NCBI RefSeq assembly: GCF_000143415.4
Contig: NW_003314270.1
Span: forward strand, 789,236 to 853,235
Source: Selaginella moellendorffii
Lineage: Eukaryota; Plantae; Lycopodiophyta
Reading direction: 5' to 3'
DNA length: 64,000 nucleotides
The notes under the pieces are model-generated. The model did no database searches. It saw nothing but the letters and a program-made list of their open reading frames with translations, and was not told where the DNA came from. Each line of letters begins with the position of its first letter. Positions within the stretch are counted from its first letter, which is position 1. Below, in pieces: positions 27,901-40,367 of this stretch. Both the position numbers and the translations under genes were made by a program.

Positions 27901-29619
27901 CTCCATAAGCGCTGTTGTGCAAGCGCCATGAGCAACGCAAGCAAAGCAAAGCTGTCCCGTCTTCAAAACATCCATAAAACTGAAGCCAACTAACTCCAAA
28001 GTCAATGTTGCTATTGCGTTAGAAAAATCCCACCTACAACGCATTTGCAGCTCTGCCTTCACTCCCTGCCCACCCGTGCCCCCAACTCATTCGCCTACCA
28101 AATGTCGTTTTTTAGATGCCTTTGCCATTTTAGGTATGCGCCCTAAAGCTTGAGGGAGGGTTTGATGGCAAAGGGGGTGGCGAAGACGAAGGGGCCGGCG
28201 GAGGTGGACGAGGTGTGGGATCGGTTTGGAAGATTGCCGCTGGCGGCGGATGAGAAGGGTAAGATATACGCCAAAATCCATGACATGCCACTCAGCCGGC
28301 TGCGGTCCCTCATTCCCTCCTTTCTGGATGATGCCGTGGTGGCTGCTTCACTGAGAGAGGAGTTTCTGAAAAAAAGGAAAGCTGTTCCGAGTAAGTGTTA
28401 TCTTCATGCCTCCTCTACACATAAATTTTTATGATGCTCGAATCAGTGATGAAATTCAACCCGGATGGTGAAAGTACAATGCGACGGCGAATTGAAAGGC
28501 TGAAAAGGTTTGTGGTTTGACCTTATGTCCGAGCTTACAAATTTGGTCCAATGCACACAGGACGGAACATGTTTCGGTAGGCTTTCGAAAGAGCAAGTTT
28601 GTTGATTGGCTCCATGGGTCAGACAATGACCCAAAGAACTGTGACCTCCCAAAAGAGGAGTGGGAATCAGCGGTAGCACTCAAGGAGGCTCTCCACAGGG
28701 TTGGCTATTAGTGAGTTCATCTCTTTTTGTTGTTGTTTTTTTTTTTTTTTTTGTCTTTTTTTCTCTTTTCTTTTTGGGTGTTTGACACTTGCATGCAGCC
28801 GTGGAGCGCCTTTGAAGGGCCCCAAGTATGACATAAGTATATTTGACCGCGACCGTCGTTGCTACGTGGATGCGGAAGGTAAACCTCTGGAGGGCGTGGA
28901 TAGGAGGTGAACCTCTGGAGAGTAAGGGAAAGGGTTGAGGATTAGTGTATGGATAAAGAAGTCAGTTCCCATGAAAAATATGCCTAGCCTGTTGCAGTTA
29001 GAGATCATGGAGAGTAATCACCGGCAAATGGAAGCCTAGCTAGCGAAGGCAGTAGCTTAACAAAAATGTGCTATGAACCCTGCACTCATCGAACCTTGTG
29101 TTAACACAATCTTGACAACTGCTTAAGCCATACCTGCTGTCCGTGAGCAATTATGGATGTGTATCATTAGCTCAATGAGGCACTAATTTGCACATAGGAG
29201 TTCAGCATAGCTGGGCAGGAGTTCGTGAATCACATTCCACCATGATCTTGGATCCATTGCACTAGAGGCAGCTTGTAGAGTTAGCGGATATGCAGTGTCC
29301 ACGTCCATATGGTAGATAGGGCTATGGAATCTGCTCATGACTTTTCAAAAAACATATCTGCAGTCTCGCCATAGGGAGGCCTTCCCGTTGTGTATTGAGC
29401 ATGTAAAAATATCATTCCACCAGGAACAGAGTCCCTCTGTTCGGAATACCATACCATTTGTGTGAGCGTTTGAAGTTATGTTTGGTCTAATAAAACTCGA
29501 TATTTCACGCTAGTGCTTCCCGTAAAAAACTCGATCAACCTGTCTGGTAAGATCTTGAATTGAGATTGAATTCAATATCACCAAAGAATGGACACTCCAC
29601 GGACTCTCCATAACACTCC

Positions 29620-30480
29620 CACTCGGGCAGACACCGAGGGCTGCTCAAAACTGGAAGAATTTTGGTGATGACAATGGTTCGGTCAACACACATCCGCAGT
29701 CATGTCCTGAGTAGGACAGTATGTGAGCACAAGCACACCATCCTCGTACTGATCACGCAGGAAATGGTGAGTTGTGTCCATGTGCTTGGTTCTAGAGTTG
29801 AGGTCTTGCTCAAGGAAATACAGCCTTGGTTGTCACAGTCGCGCCAGCCGGAGGAACGCCAACTTCAGCGAGAAGACGCCTCAACCATATGGATTCCTTG
29901 CGACTGCCATATACTCGACCTCACAGCTGGAACACGCCTACGAGGTTTGTGTTTACTGCTCCATGCGTAGAAGCTAAAAGAATAGCCTGTATGGGAACGC
30001 TCACAAAAACCTGTGAAGCTGAAAGCTGCTTGTAACAAAGGCCAGAAGACGCGTTAGTACCGAAAAATTCGTTTACAAGCTAGGTTGTCCAGGAATCTGC
30101 TTACCACGCTTAGTGCAAACGACCAGATACAAGGGACGCTTCTCATGATCGGTGAAAGGAGATGTATCCTTAGAAAGTTTCAGACCTGCTATCATTGGTG
30201 TTGGTTCTGGTGAGCTACGCCCCATGGAACATTTCCGAAGTATGTCCTCCACATACTTGGCTTGGTGTAGGCAAATGGAGCCAATCTCGTTTCCTGTCAA
30301 GCTGGATGAAGTCCTTGAGAAGAAAAAATCTGTTTGGTCTCAGCTCAGAGCTGTTGCGGACAAACAACGAATCATCAACATAGACCACAATACAAATTGC
30401 GTCATCTCCCACTCTCTTCTAGAAAAGATAATCATCGGCGAGAAGATTGCTTTAAGCCATAGCTGGCTTTGTTGAGTTTC
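29620..30480 (-). mobile_element. Ty1/copia RT-RNase H remnant, heavily deleted
   Basis: Fragments ICIVVYVDDSL (RT), LHQAKYVEDILRK...PTPM, SSCEVEYMA..ESIWLRRLLAEVG..CDNQGCI..RTKHMDTTHHFLRD (Copia RNase H). No LTR pair found. Confidence 0.85.
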
Positions 30481-31073
30481 CAACGTAGCGTTCTTTGCCT
30501 GGAACTTTCTGCTCGTTTGATGGATGCGCCAGTTGTTCGCTAAATGGTAAGAAATTGATGATACAATTGGTGAATTGATGATGATCACTTATCAAGTATA
30601 TGTCACATTAATCATATAAATCTAAAAAAATGAATTAGTTCATGGAAATATAATTAGTCTTAGAATTTAAATCATAGACATGTTGTTTTATTACAAAACC
30701 ACTCCCACGCTGTCAGTCTTTTTGCCCTCGTTGCCTAGTAACACAAACTTTGCTCGAGAGATGTTCTCTCCTCTTCCTCCTCGTAAATACCAATACAAAG
30801 CTTTTGCGCGCGGAGCTCTCGGTTGCGCCCATCCATCCCTCTCTGGAATCAAAGGAATGTGAGCATCGCAAGTGAGAGCTTCCTTCCCCTTCGTTCCCGT
30901 CACCAAAAGACTCTCTCCTCTCTCTCACTCACTCACTCTCTCACCTCGTCAAAGAAGGAAAGCTCTTGTGCTTTGCGCGATGAGCGTTGAGCGTTTGTGC
31001 CTCGTTCCGTCTCGCTTGCTCGCGCCGCGCCGCCGCCTCTCCTCTGTCGCTTCGCCTTGCCACTCGCCTCGCG

Positions 31074-34000
31074 CTACATGTGTCTCGCGTCCGCCGAGAA
31101 GATCTCTGCCGCATGGTGATCACCGCCGCCAGTGTTGATCGCCACCGCCGCCGCTGGAGGAGGAGGCTTCACCACGTACACTTGCTTGAGCTTGGAAGCC
31201 GGCGCCACCGACGACGAGGAGCCGCTGTTTTTGCTGCTACCACCGCTGGCATCACCCGCAAATCCTCCTCCACCTCTCCTTCCCTGTTGGCTGTGGCTGT
31301 GGTTAGACCATCCTGTTGCAACCCCGACTTTGCCAATGCCGCCACCGTGAGCCACTCTCCTGTCCTGGTGCCCGATCGAGCGTCGCGGGCCAGCAGCAGC
31401 AGCAGCAGCACCGGCAGCGGCGGTGGCGACGTAAGAGTGAGGCTGGAAAGTCGGCATTGTCGCAGCAGCACCGCCGGGTCGAGAGCTTCCAGAGTTTGGC
31501 CTGCCACCAGCTCCGCCACCGCCACCGCCACCCTCAGCTCCACTCACCGGTTGGACCACCACTCTGGAGTGTAGTTTGCTTCCCGCGGGTAGCGACGAGA
31601 CCACCGGGCTGGGAGGCTTGAAAGGCGGCGCTGCCTGTTGCTGTTGTTGATGGTGTTGGTGTTGGTGATGTTTGTGCTGTTGTTGTTGTTGTTGTTGTTG
31701 GTGTACAGCGAAAGTGTTGCTCGCGTCGGAGCTGGCCGTGGACATGGCATCCCCCAGCCCGAGCTCGTCCAGGTACTGGTCGCTGGCTTCGGCCGGTGCT
31801 CCAGCGCCTGCCGCCGCCGCGGACGCCAAGCTCGGATCGTTGGCGATATCGGCTTGATGCTGCATGTGATAAGCCGGGTGGGGGTGCCTCATATGCATCG
31901 GGGGAAAGCCCGGGATCGGCCCAGACATCGGTGCATGCGGCCCCGGGACGTGCGACCACTGGGACTGCAAAGAGCAAAAGTGAGCCAGTTGAACGAAAAC
32001 CAAAGAAAAGAAAGTCTCTTCTACCTGGAATGCCATATCCCTGTACATGTCGAATGGACCAGGAGGAACTACCGAGATGACTGACGGATCATGGCCCAAG
32101 TGACGATTACTGTGCGGAGCGTAGAGCATACTGCCACCGCCGGCACCGGGTCCGTTACCACCTCCAGCGTCCCCACTGTTTGTTCCTGCTCCTGAGGACG
32201 TAGAAGTCACTGGAGTGTGTTTCCAATCCGGCTGCTTGACGGGAGGTATGTGGGCCGGTCCCATGTAGCTTACACCCAGCTGCCCGAACTGGCCCACGCC
32301 ACCAAACGGACTGGTGTAGACAAGAGTGTGTGGAGGAATGCTTGGAATCGGTCCGTGGTTGATGAAAGGCCCTGCGAAGCCATGCGGGCCACCGTAGAAG
32401 GAGTCAACACCGTGACGCGGATGCCAGTTTAAACCACCGGGACCAGGACGTTCACCGTTGGAGTCGCGTGAGGCCTCACCACCCGTGCCGAATGCAAAAA
32501 CTGGTCCACCTAGCAAGGTTCCCATCTCCAAACCAGGAAAGCCAGGTAGCGAAGGCAAGTGTGGCCCAGAAGTGGGAGGTCCTCTCAGTGGCATATCGAC
32601 GGATAAGTCAGCTGGAAGTGAGACATTGATGGTCTCGTCAATCCCCGAAGACTGTGTTGGGTTTTGAGTGTCAAGTCCTGAAACAAGCGAAAGGACACCT
32701 CTTAGTTGACATGCAATTTAGAAACTGCAGCATAAAAATACCAGCTGGAGAGCCTTTGTTAGAAGAACCAATAATACCGTGCGACGAAACGAGCTGGTCA
32801 GCACCGTGTAGATAATCATCGTTACTGATTGCTGCAACAGCAACAGCTGATGCAGCTGCCTCTGCCTCGGCCGCCTCAGCTTCAGCCTCCGAGTCCATTG
32901 TCCCGTCTTCGTTCTCCCGGGAGCGTTTCCCCTTGCCAAACGATGCCAGTTCATTCTCATCTTGTAGTTCTTTTCTAGCACCCAGAAATCCCTCCGAGCG
33001 GGAGGGACCCAGCCAAGGGACTGTTGACGCAAATGCTGGCATCGTAACAGCTCCTGCAAGACAAACTTCTCATGAGATCACTTGTCACAAGATCGAAAGC
33101 AGCAGTACCGAATTGTATTTTCTCTCCGGCAAGAAGAGAATTAACAGGCCCTGATGCGGCCGCAGGCCGAGGACCTTTCTCTTTCGCTGTAACAGATGGT
33201 GTGGATGTGGACTCTAGTCCCGAACTGAGATGCTCTGATAGAGGTACCTGCAAGGGAAGTGGAACTTCAAACCGAGCTGGTTTCATTGCCTCCTCCAGCT
33301 GAATCTGTGTAAGCGTAACCACCTATAAAACGTTTCAGACATTGAGCTAATGTACAATGAGTCACCTCTTGATTGGATCGACCAAAACCCCATGCAGCTC
33401 CATTAGCCTGCGCACTCTGACCTTCACCAACAATCGGAGGAAAAGCTGGAGCATCGGGAACAAGGGAATTTATCTGTGTTGGTCTGCATGAAAAGAAAAG
33501 CCAAAGATATATGATGTGTCTAAAATAAAAGGCACTTACTGTGGACTTCTTGTTCTCTTTTCAAACCCCACTTCAGGATTTGATAGCGAAGCTTGCCTTG
33601 TTCGTGAAGTCGTCACTACAACATCGAGGCAATTTGCCAAGGGCATACTGTCATTTTTCGCATCTCTAGGCGGGAAAGGCTTCGACCCGTTTCGTTGCTT
33701 GGGAGCTTGCTGCTAATATACAAGATCAGTTGCGAGAAAACCAGCAAGTAGAAGTATAGTACCTTTGTGTGCTTTGGCTTGGATTTCACTTGCTTCTCCT
33801 TCTGCAGCTGCCGTTTTGATCTGACTTCGATAAAGTCATCTTCTTCGCTCCCTCCGGAATGGTCAAATAATCTTTCGGAAGAAGCCAGCTCTGCCGCTTG
33901 CCTAGACTTCTCATTTTCGTCGTCACCTTTAACCCCCTTCCGCGGTACATAATGTCCACGTTCTGACAAGTTTGGCGCTCTGAAATCCAGACTACCCCGA

Positions 34001-37000
34001 CGATTAGGCTTCTTACGAAAAGATTCTGTCGAACTATGCCCCTCGTGCCTCGCTGACCATTGCTTCGCATCAACTTTCTCTTGAAAACGACTGTAACCAG
34101 AGGTTTGACCATCTGTAAAAGATGGCTTCCATGAATCCTGGGCTGCGGCTGCTGGTTTTCCGGCGTCTTTCTTGCGCTTTCCATCGTCATGTTCAGTTAC
34201 CTCCACCTGTTTTTCGCTCGCCGAATTATTCTGGACCGGAGACTGGAGTACTGCGCCTCCCTGGCCATATTGATGAGTCCAAAACGTCCTCTCAGGATGT
34301 GGCTGCATTCGAAACTGCTGCCCATGAACGCCTTGTTGGCCATCCATGTTCATGATAGAAGGCTGCATCATTGCCTGAGGATGAACCGTAAACGAAGGCA
34401 GTAGTGGTGCTTGCTGACCAATCTGTCCAAACTGAAACTGAGGTGGCGGCTGGAGGTGTGCGACGTGATGTCCGATGGGAGGATGTAGTTGAAGTGGCAT
34501 TTGAATGGAGCCAATCTGAATCGCTGGAATCGAGCCTTGAAGAAGAGATGTACCCGGAAGAAGTCCGAACTGAAGGGTCATTGGTCGATCTGGCATTGGA
34601 CCTTGCATTCTCGGCCTGGAATCAAGTAGAGGAAGCTGTGGCGGAACAAAACTCGGTGGATGGTGAAACGGTTGCTGCAGCCCGGCTGGAGAAGGCTGTG
34701 TAGTTTGCAATGGTGACGGCAGTAACGCAGCTGGGACCTCAGAAGTCTGAACAACTTCAATGACCTCGCTCTTGAGCTCAACTTCCTCCGACTTGTCTTC
34801 GTCGACAGGAACGGCAACACTGTCGAGTTGAGTAGCCTCCACCACTTCAGTCTTTGGGAGCACCACGATCGAGTCCACGAGTTCTGACAAGGTGGCGTTC
34901 AGATCTGCTGCATCAATATGCTCTACTTCTTCGTGAATCTCCGAGTTGAACTCCGACTGCTCACCGGTGCCCTTCAAGATGTCTTCTTCGTGGCTGATAT
35001 CAGACCTTTGCTCTTCATCAACCGTCTCGTCCACCGTTTCAGAGATCTCTTCCTCGAAATTTGGAGCACCGGAGACTTCCACTGTGCTTCCACCCTGTTG
35101 TTTCGTGTCAGCCTCTACAGCTTCAGCAGTAACGTCGATCTGTACATCGCCTACGCTACATGCTTCGTCTTCCGGAAACATTTCCTCGGCCATGTTCTCC
35201 ACATCGGTTACTGTTTGAGACGGAGCAACATCTTCTCGTAGATCTGAAGATGAAGTGACAGTTGACGCAGCTGATTGACTTCCAGAAAATGACGGCTTCT
35301 GAGAATGTGTTCTTGTTGGCGGAGGCAACACACGGGGCTGCTTTGGAAGCGACTGCCGCAAGCGTCCGTAGGAAACTCCATCAGGAGCATCGTAGCTGCC
35401 GCCATACGAAGTTGGCGAAGGAGGTGAAAATGGTCTGCTCTCCCTTGGCCGCCTGCTCCAACGTCTATCGTCTTCCATGAAACCGTGTTCTGGAAAGTTG
35501 TTTGGACGCGGGGATCCGAACATGTTTCGCAGCTGATCGCCGTTTGAGGACCATTTGTCTTCCCGATCTTTCCTGTAACTGTCAACAGGCCCATCCACGT
35601 TCCCGTAAAAATTATCACCTTCATCTGGAACTCTGCGCCCCGGAGAGTGCATCATACTGTTGCCGTGATCGTTGGGGAAAGACGAAAGATCGCCCAAATC
35701 TCTTCTCCAAGACGCAGAAGAAAGTCGTGACCGATCATCTCCACCACGAGGGACCGGCTCACGAGTTACCCTGTGCATGTCGGGCGATCGTAAACGGGAG
35801 CTGGTTTGATCCTGCTGCATCCGAAAACCAGAAATTCTGGAAGTGGCTCTGTCGTCGTTATCATCTAGCGCCTTTGTTGTTGTTGCTGGAATATTGCTGT
35901 CACCAGGGGCCTCCACTCCATTTTTCGGTTGTTTTTTCTCCATCTCACGTCTAGCGATACGCTCCTCCAATTCAAGAAGTTTTCGACGTGCATTCTCCTT
36001 TCTCCTTTCCTCATCCTCCACCAGTTTGCGCTTTTCCTCTTCCCGAGCTCTCTTAGCTTCTTCAACCTTTCGAACGGAATCAAGGGCCTCCTGCTCTGCA
36101 CGGGCTGCAGCTTCCCTGGCCTCTTCTTCAAGTCTTTGCTGGCGCTCCTCTTCTTCCCTTGCCTGACGCTCTCGTTCTTCCTCCTCCTTTCTCGCAAGCT
36201 CAATTGCTCTCTCCCTCTCTTCGATCTTTCTCTGCCGTTCCTGCTCTTGCTCCTTCTGAACTCTCTCAAGCTCCGTTTCGAATGACTCACGTTCCAGATC
36301 GCGATAGCTGACTTCATTCGAATCTTCCCTCTTCCTCCGCATTCTGTACTTCAAATCCATCCGAAGATCCAAGTTTGGAAGCTCCGGAAAATCTCTCATA
36401 AACGTATCTTCAGAGTACGGGCTACGGACTCGGACCGGAAGATCAAAACCTCCATTTCGTGCACCAAGCCTTCCCCTGTCGCCGCCCGGTTTGTTGAAAA
36501 AGCTCTCCCTCGAAAAACTATCACGATTGTGGTGGTAGCTATCGCGCATCCGCCAACTATTCCCTCTAGAATCCGCCTCTGCTCTATCAAAACCGCTATT
36601 CCTCCCAAAGTTCCAGTCGTTTCTCCCGAAGGACCCCTCTCTATCCCAGCCGAAGTCCTGCGCTTCCCTGCTACGACCATACTCGGGCACATCCCTCCTG
36701 TAGCTCGCTCGCTCATCTCTTTGAAAAGCCGGTCGAGCAAAAGAAGACTGTCCGTAGCGCGGTGGATCTTCCCAGTCGGGAGGCTTGGACACGGAAGCCG
36801 TCTCTCGTTCATCGTCAGCCCAGTTGGAAGTGTGCGTCAAGTGAATGAGAGGCCCCGGTCTCAAAGACAAGTCATTCGGCTTCCTGTTCTCCTTGAGAGA
36901 AAAGTAGCTCCGGACAGACTCGTCTCTGAGACCACCCTGCTTGGATTGCGGCTGGAGAGTTAGAACCGGCGACGGCGGCTTGTAGCCATCATCTTCATCC

Positions 37001-37743
37001 AGCTCCTTCTCGAACTGGTTCTGCGACAGCTGCTGCAACTTGAGCTGCTGGTGCTTCATCTCTCGCTGCTTGTCCTTCTGCCGCTGCTGGATCTCCCGCT
37101 GCCGCTGCTGCGACGGCACGGGATTGAGAGGAGCAGCAGCCTGGAGCGTCGGAAAATCCTCCCCGCGCAGCACCACAGCAGTGGGAGCACGAACTGGAGC
37201 AGCAGCAGCCGCAAGAGGAGCGCCACTGCCCCGAGCAGCCGGCGGCGTGTACTTCCCTGTTGTCCTCGGCGACTGCTCCGAGGAGATCACCGCAGCTCCG
37301 CCGCCGCCGCCCTGCGCAAAGTGCTGTGCCTGAGCCATCCCCCACCCGTTGGACTTGAGATGGCCATCGCCCACGCCCGGATCTTCCACCAGCGCTTGCT
37401 GCTGCTGCTGGATTGGGGCCTGCTGCTTGGACCATCCCGAAACTCCAGTCCCCCCGACGAGCGTGATGCTAGGGTCGTTCCCAGCGTGCTCCTTGCGAAG
37501 AGAGGGGAGATTCACGGGCGCTGGGACTGTGAGCTTGGGCTGTGCCGGCTTAGCCTGCTTCCCCGGCGGCGTTCGCACTGGCCTGGCCAGGACGAGCATA
37601 CCTCCGTGCGTGCCGCCATGCAAATACCTCGATTTCGATCCGCCAGAGCCGATGTTCACACCCGACAATGCCTGCTTGCCATAGAGATCGTTGAGATTGG
37701 ACGACGCGAACCTGGATCCACCTCCGCTCGAGGTCCTGGCCAT
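31074..37743 (-). CDS. Large low-complexity BAT2_N/PRRC2-related plant protein (At3g50370-like family), multi-exon
   Basis: N-terminal FASSNLNDLY...PKLTVPAPVNLPSLRKEH and VLRGEDFPTLQA; E/R coiled coil; DDFIEVRSKRQ; TQIQLEEAMKP; LLAGEKIQFG; EAEAAASAVAVAAIS; KQPDWKH; C-terminal KLKQVYVVK. Confidence 0.8.
31636..31701. repeat. (CAA)n/(CAY) microsatellite encoding polyQ/H
   Basis: The tgttgttgttg run reads QQQQQQQQHKHHQHQHHQQQQQ on the - strand. Confidence 0.85.
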
Positions 37744-38136
37744 GAAACCCTAGAACCTACTTCGCTGCTCCCGCTGCGGCGCTGAGAAATCGGCTGGAAG
37801 TCTGTGCCGCGCATCCAGCTGCTAATCTGGCACGAGACCGCGAGGGGTCGAAGATCTAGACGATGAACGATCAAAGCGCGTTGCAGCGCTCAAGCCCTAG
37901 GACTAGGGCTGCCCCGGGAATGCGGGCTTAGATGCAAAAGCCCTAAAAAACCCAAAGCTTAAAGCCCGGCATATTCCGTCGGTTGGAAACGTATCTTCCG
38001 GTATGTATTTTCCGGCAGTCAAAGGTCTAACGTTATGGTTTAGGGGTTTAGTCTTTATTTCTTTGCGATGTTTTGATTCTCATGCTTCGCAGAGGGCATC
38101 GTATAGATAGAGAGATCGCTAGGTTATCTGACAGCG

Positions 38137-39192
38137 ATGGCGATCGACGAGGAGGCGAGCATCCCTGTTATCGACCATAGCGCGTTCGTTCTCGGCGATG
38201 AATGCGCCAGGGTGAAAGCTCTCGCCGAGATCGACAGGGCGTGCCGCGATTGGGGATTCTTCCAGCTTGTGAATCATGGCCTCGGCGCCGATCGCCTGGA
38301 GAATATTTTGCAGTGCACCAGGGACTTCTTCGCGCTGCCGTTGGAGAGGAAGCTCGATCTCGTCACGCCGATGTCCCCGATCGGCTTCCTTAACCAGAGC
38401 GGCGCCAGCGGCGTGGTGGATCGGAAGGAGCATTTGCTGTTCTTCGGCCTGGATCATCCCAGCGTGCGGCACAATGCGTGGCCGGAGTCGCCGCACGGCT
38501 TCCGGTAAAGGCTGGGAATCTTTCTCTCTTTATGATCATATTGTTCTTGTTCTTTAGGGGCGTGGTGGAGGAAATGATGCGCGAGTGCGCGGCTTTCTCC
38601 AAGCTCCTGACCAGAATTTTGTTCGAGGCTCTCGGGCTTTCGGGCGATTGCGCTCGCGAGATCTACAACAAGGAATCCGGCGACTCATTCTTGCTGCCAT
38701 TCTACCCGGCCTGCCCCCCCGACTACGAGCACGAATTGGTTCTCGGCCAGCACAAAGACGGTGGGATTTTGACGCTTCTCTCGCAGCTCAACGAAGTCCC
38801 CGGCCTCCAGGTTCTCAAGGACGATCGCTGGATCACAGTGAAGCCACTCAAAAACTCCCTCGTCATCAACGTTGGAGACGTGATGCAGGTAAGAAAAGCT
38901 CGATCAAACTTTGCTCCATCGATCTTCGATTTTGATCGATCAGGTGTGGACGAATGGGCGATACAAGAGTGTGATGCACAGGGTGGTGAGGAGAGAGAAC
39001 GATCGATTCTCGATGGCCTTCTTCCACATCCCGGGATCCAGCACCGAGATCGCTCCTCTCGAGGAATTCACCGCCCACGAGCCACCGAAGTATCGCAAAT
39101 TCGTCCAGGGAGAGTACATCCAACTGCGAATGAAGAACAGGAGCATGGGAAACAAAGCCAAGGAGGTGACAATCGAGCACTACGCCGTTTAA
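38137..39192 (+). CDS. 2-oxoglutarate/Fe(II)-dependent dioxygenase (DOXC class), 3 exons
   Basis: IPVID...ACRDWGFFQLVNHG, FYPACP, HKDGGILTLL (HxD), VINVGD, NGRYKSVMHRV, RFSMAFF (RxS). Confidence 0.93.
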
Positions 39193-39380
39193 AATCGGGT
39201 TTAGCCTTAATAGCTTTGATTTTCAAATAAGCACTGCAAGTTTTTTTAAAGTTTAAACTTTTTAAACTAATACTTACAATAGAATATGCCATGGGAATCT
39301 AGCTGAAAGTTTAGTAAAGGTTATTAAGGAATCTAAAAAAGTTTTTTATGTCAGAATATGCTACGAGAATCTTTATCTAA

Positions 39381-39451
39381 GCACTGCTGGTCTAGTGGTA
39401 GAATAGTTCCCTGCCACGGAACAGACCCGGGTTCGATTCCCGGGCAGTGCA
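39381..39451 (+). tRNA. tRNA-Gly(GCC), intact
   Basis: Acceptor stem GCACTGC/GCAGTGC, A box TGGTCTAGTGG, anticodon arm GTTCC-CTGCCAC-GGAAC, T arm CCGG-GTTCGAT-TCCCGG; T-run downstream. Confidence 0.92.
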
Positions 39452-39530
39452 GGTTTTCTAAACTTAAGCTTTTAAACTAATCAAAGGCTATTACAGATTA
39501 TGTAGCTAATGTCTTTTTACGTTCATCTAA

Positions 39531-39949
39531 GCACTGCTGCAGAACAGACCCGGGTTCGATTCCTGGGCTGTGCAAATTTTATAAAATTATACTTTAAAAT
39601 CTAATCAAAGGTTACGGGAATACTCATCTAAGCACTGCTGGTCTAGTGGTCCCTGCCACGGAACAGACCCGGGTTCGATTCCCGGGCAGTGCAGGTTTTC
39701 TAAAGTTAAGCTTTTAAACTAATCAAAGGTTATTACAGATTATGTAGCTAATGTCTTTTTACGGCAATCTTCATCTAAGCACTGCTGCAGAACAGACCCG
39801 GGTTCGATTCCTGGGCTGTGCAAATTTTATAAAATTATACTTTAAAATCTAATCAAAGGTTACGGGAATACTCATCTAAGCACTGCTGGTCTAGTGGTAG
39901 AATAGTTCCCTGCCATGGAACAGTCCCGGGTTCGATTCCTGGGAGTGCA
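39531..39949 (+). pseudogene. Four degenerate tRNA-Gly copies in tandem (39531-39574, 39632-39693, 39779-39822, 39880-39949)
   Basis: Copies 2 and 4 lack the D and anticodon arms. Copy 3 lacks 9 nt of the D arm. Copy 5 is near full length with a 1-nt deletion in the acceptor stem. Flanks are duplicated with a ~250-bp period. Confidence 0.88.
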
Positions 39950-40367
39950 AACTTGTTGAAGTCAAAGCTTATGTCAGAATATGCCAGAATATGCCACAGA
40001 AATCTAACAAGGCTGTTAGGTCGCCCGTGAGCGCAATGGATGATCCACACTCGTCCAGGCGGTTTGCGCGGGTAGGACCTACATTTCGCCATGGCGCGCG
40101 CCACGATCTACGCGCCGTGTGAATCGAGCGGCCTGGCTCTCCGTGTGATCGACGATATCGCGAATTGGATTCATCCAAATCGCCGACAGAGGCCAGGAGG
40201 TCGGTCTTAGTGCGAAGATGGTCCCGAGTAAACGCCAAGAAAGTTTCGTTTTCATGGGGAAGAGCGCCAGCCAGCTTGGACATTATTCCTCCTTGTTTCA
40301 TACGAAGTTCTCACTTGTCGGCACACTTTGGTCTCGCAAAGGAGACAGATCGAGGCCAGTCTAGAGG

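Noticed and set aside
39381-39949. Repeat-spacer pattern as CRISPR or SINE
   Set aside because: The repeats are tRNA-Gly derivatives and the spacers are themselves duplicated; there is no TSD or poly-A tail.
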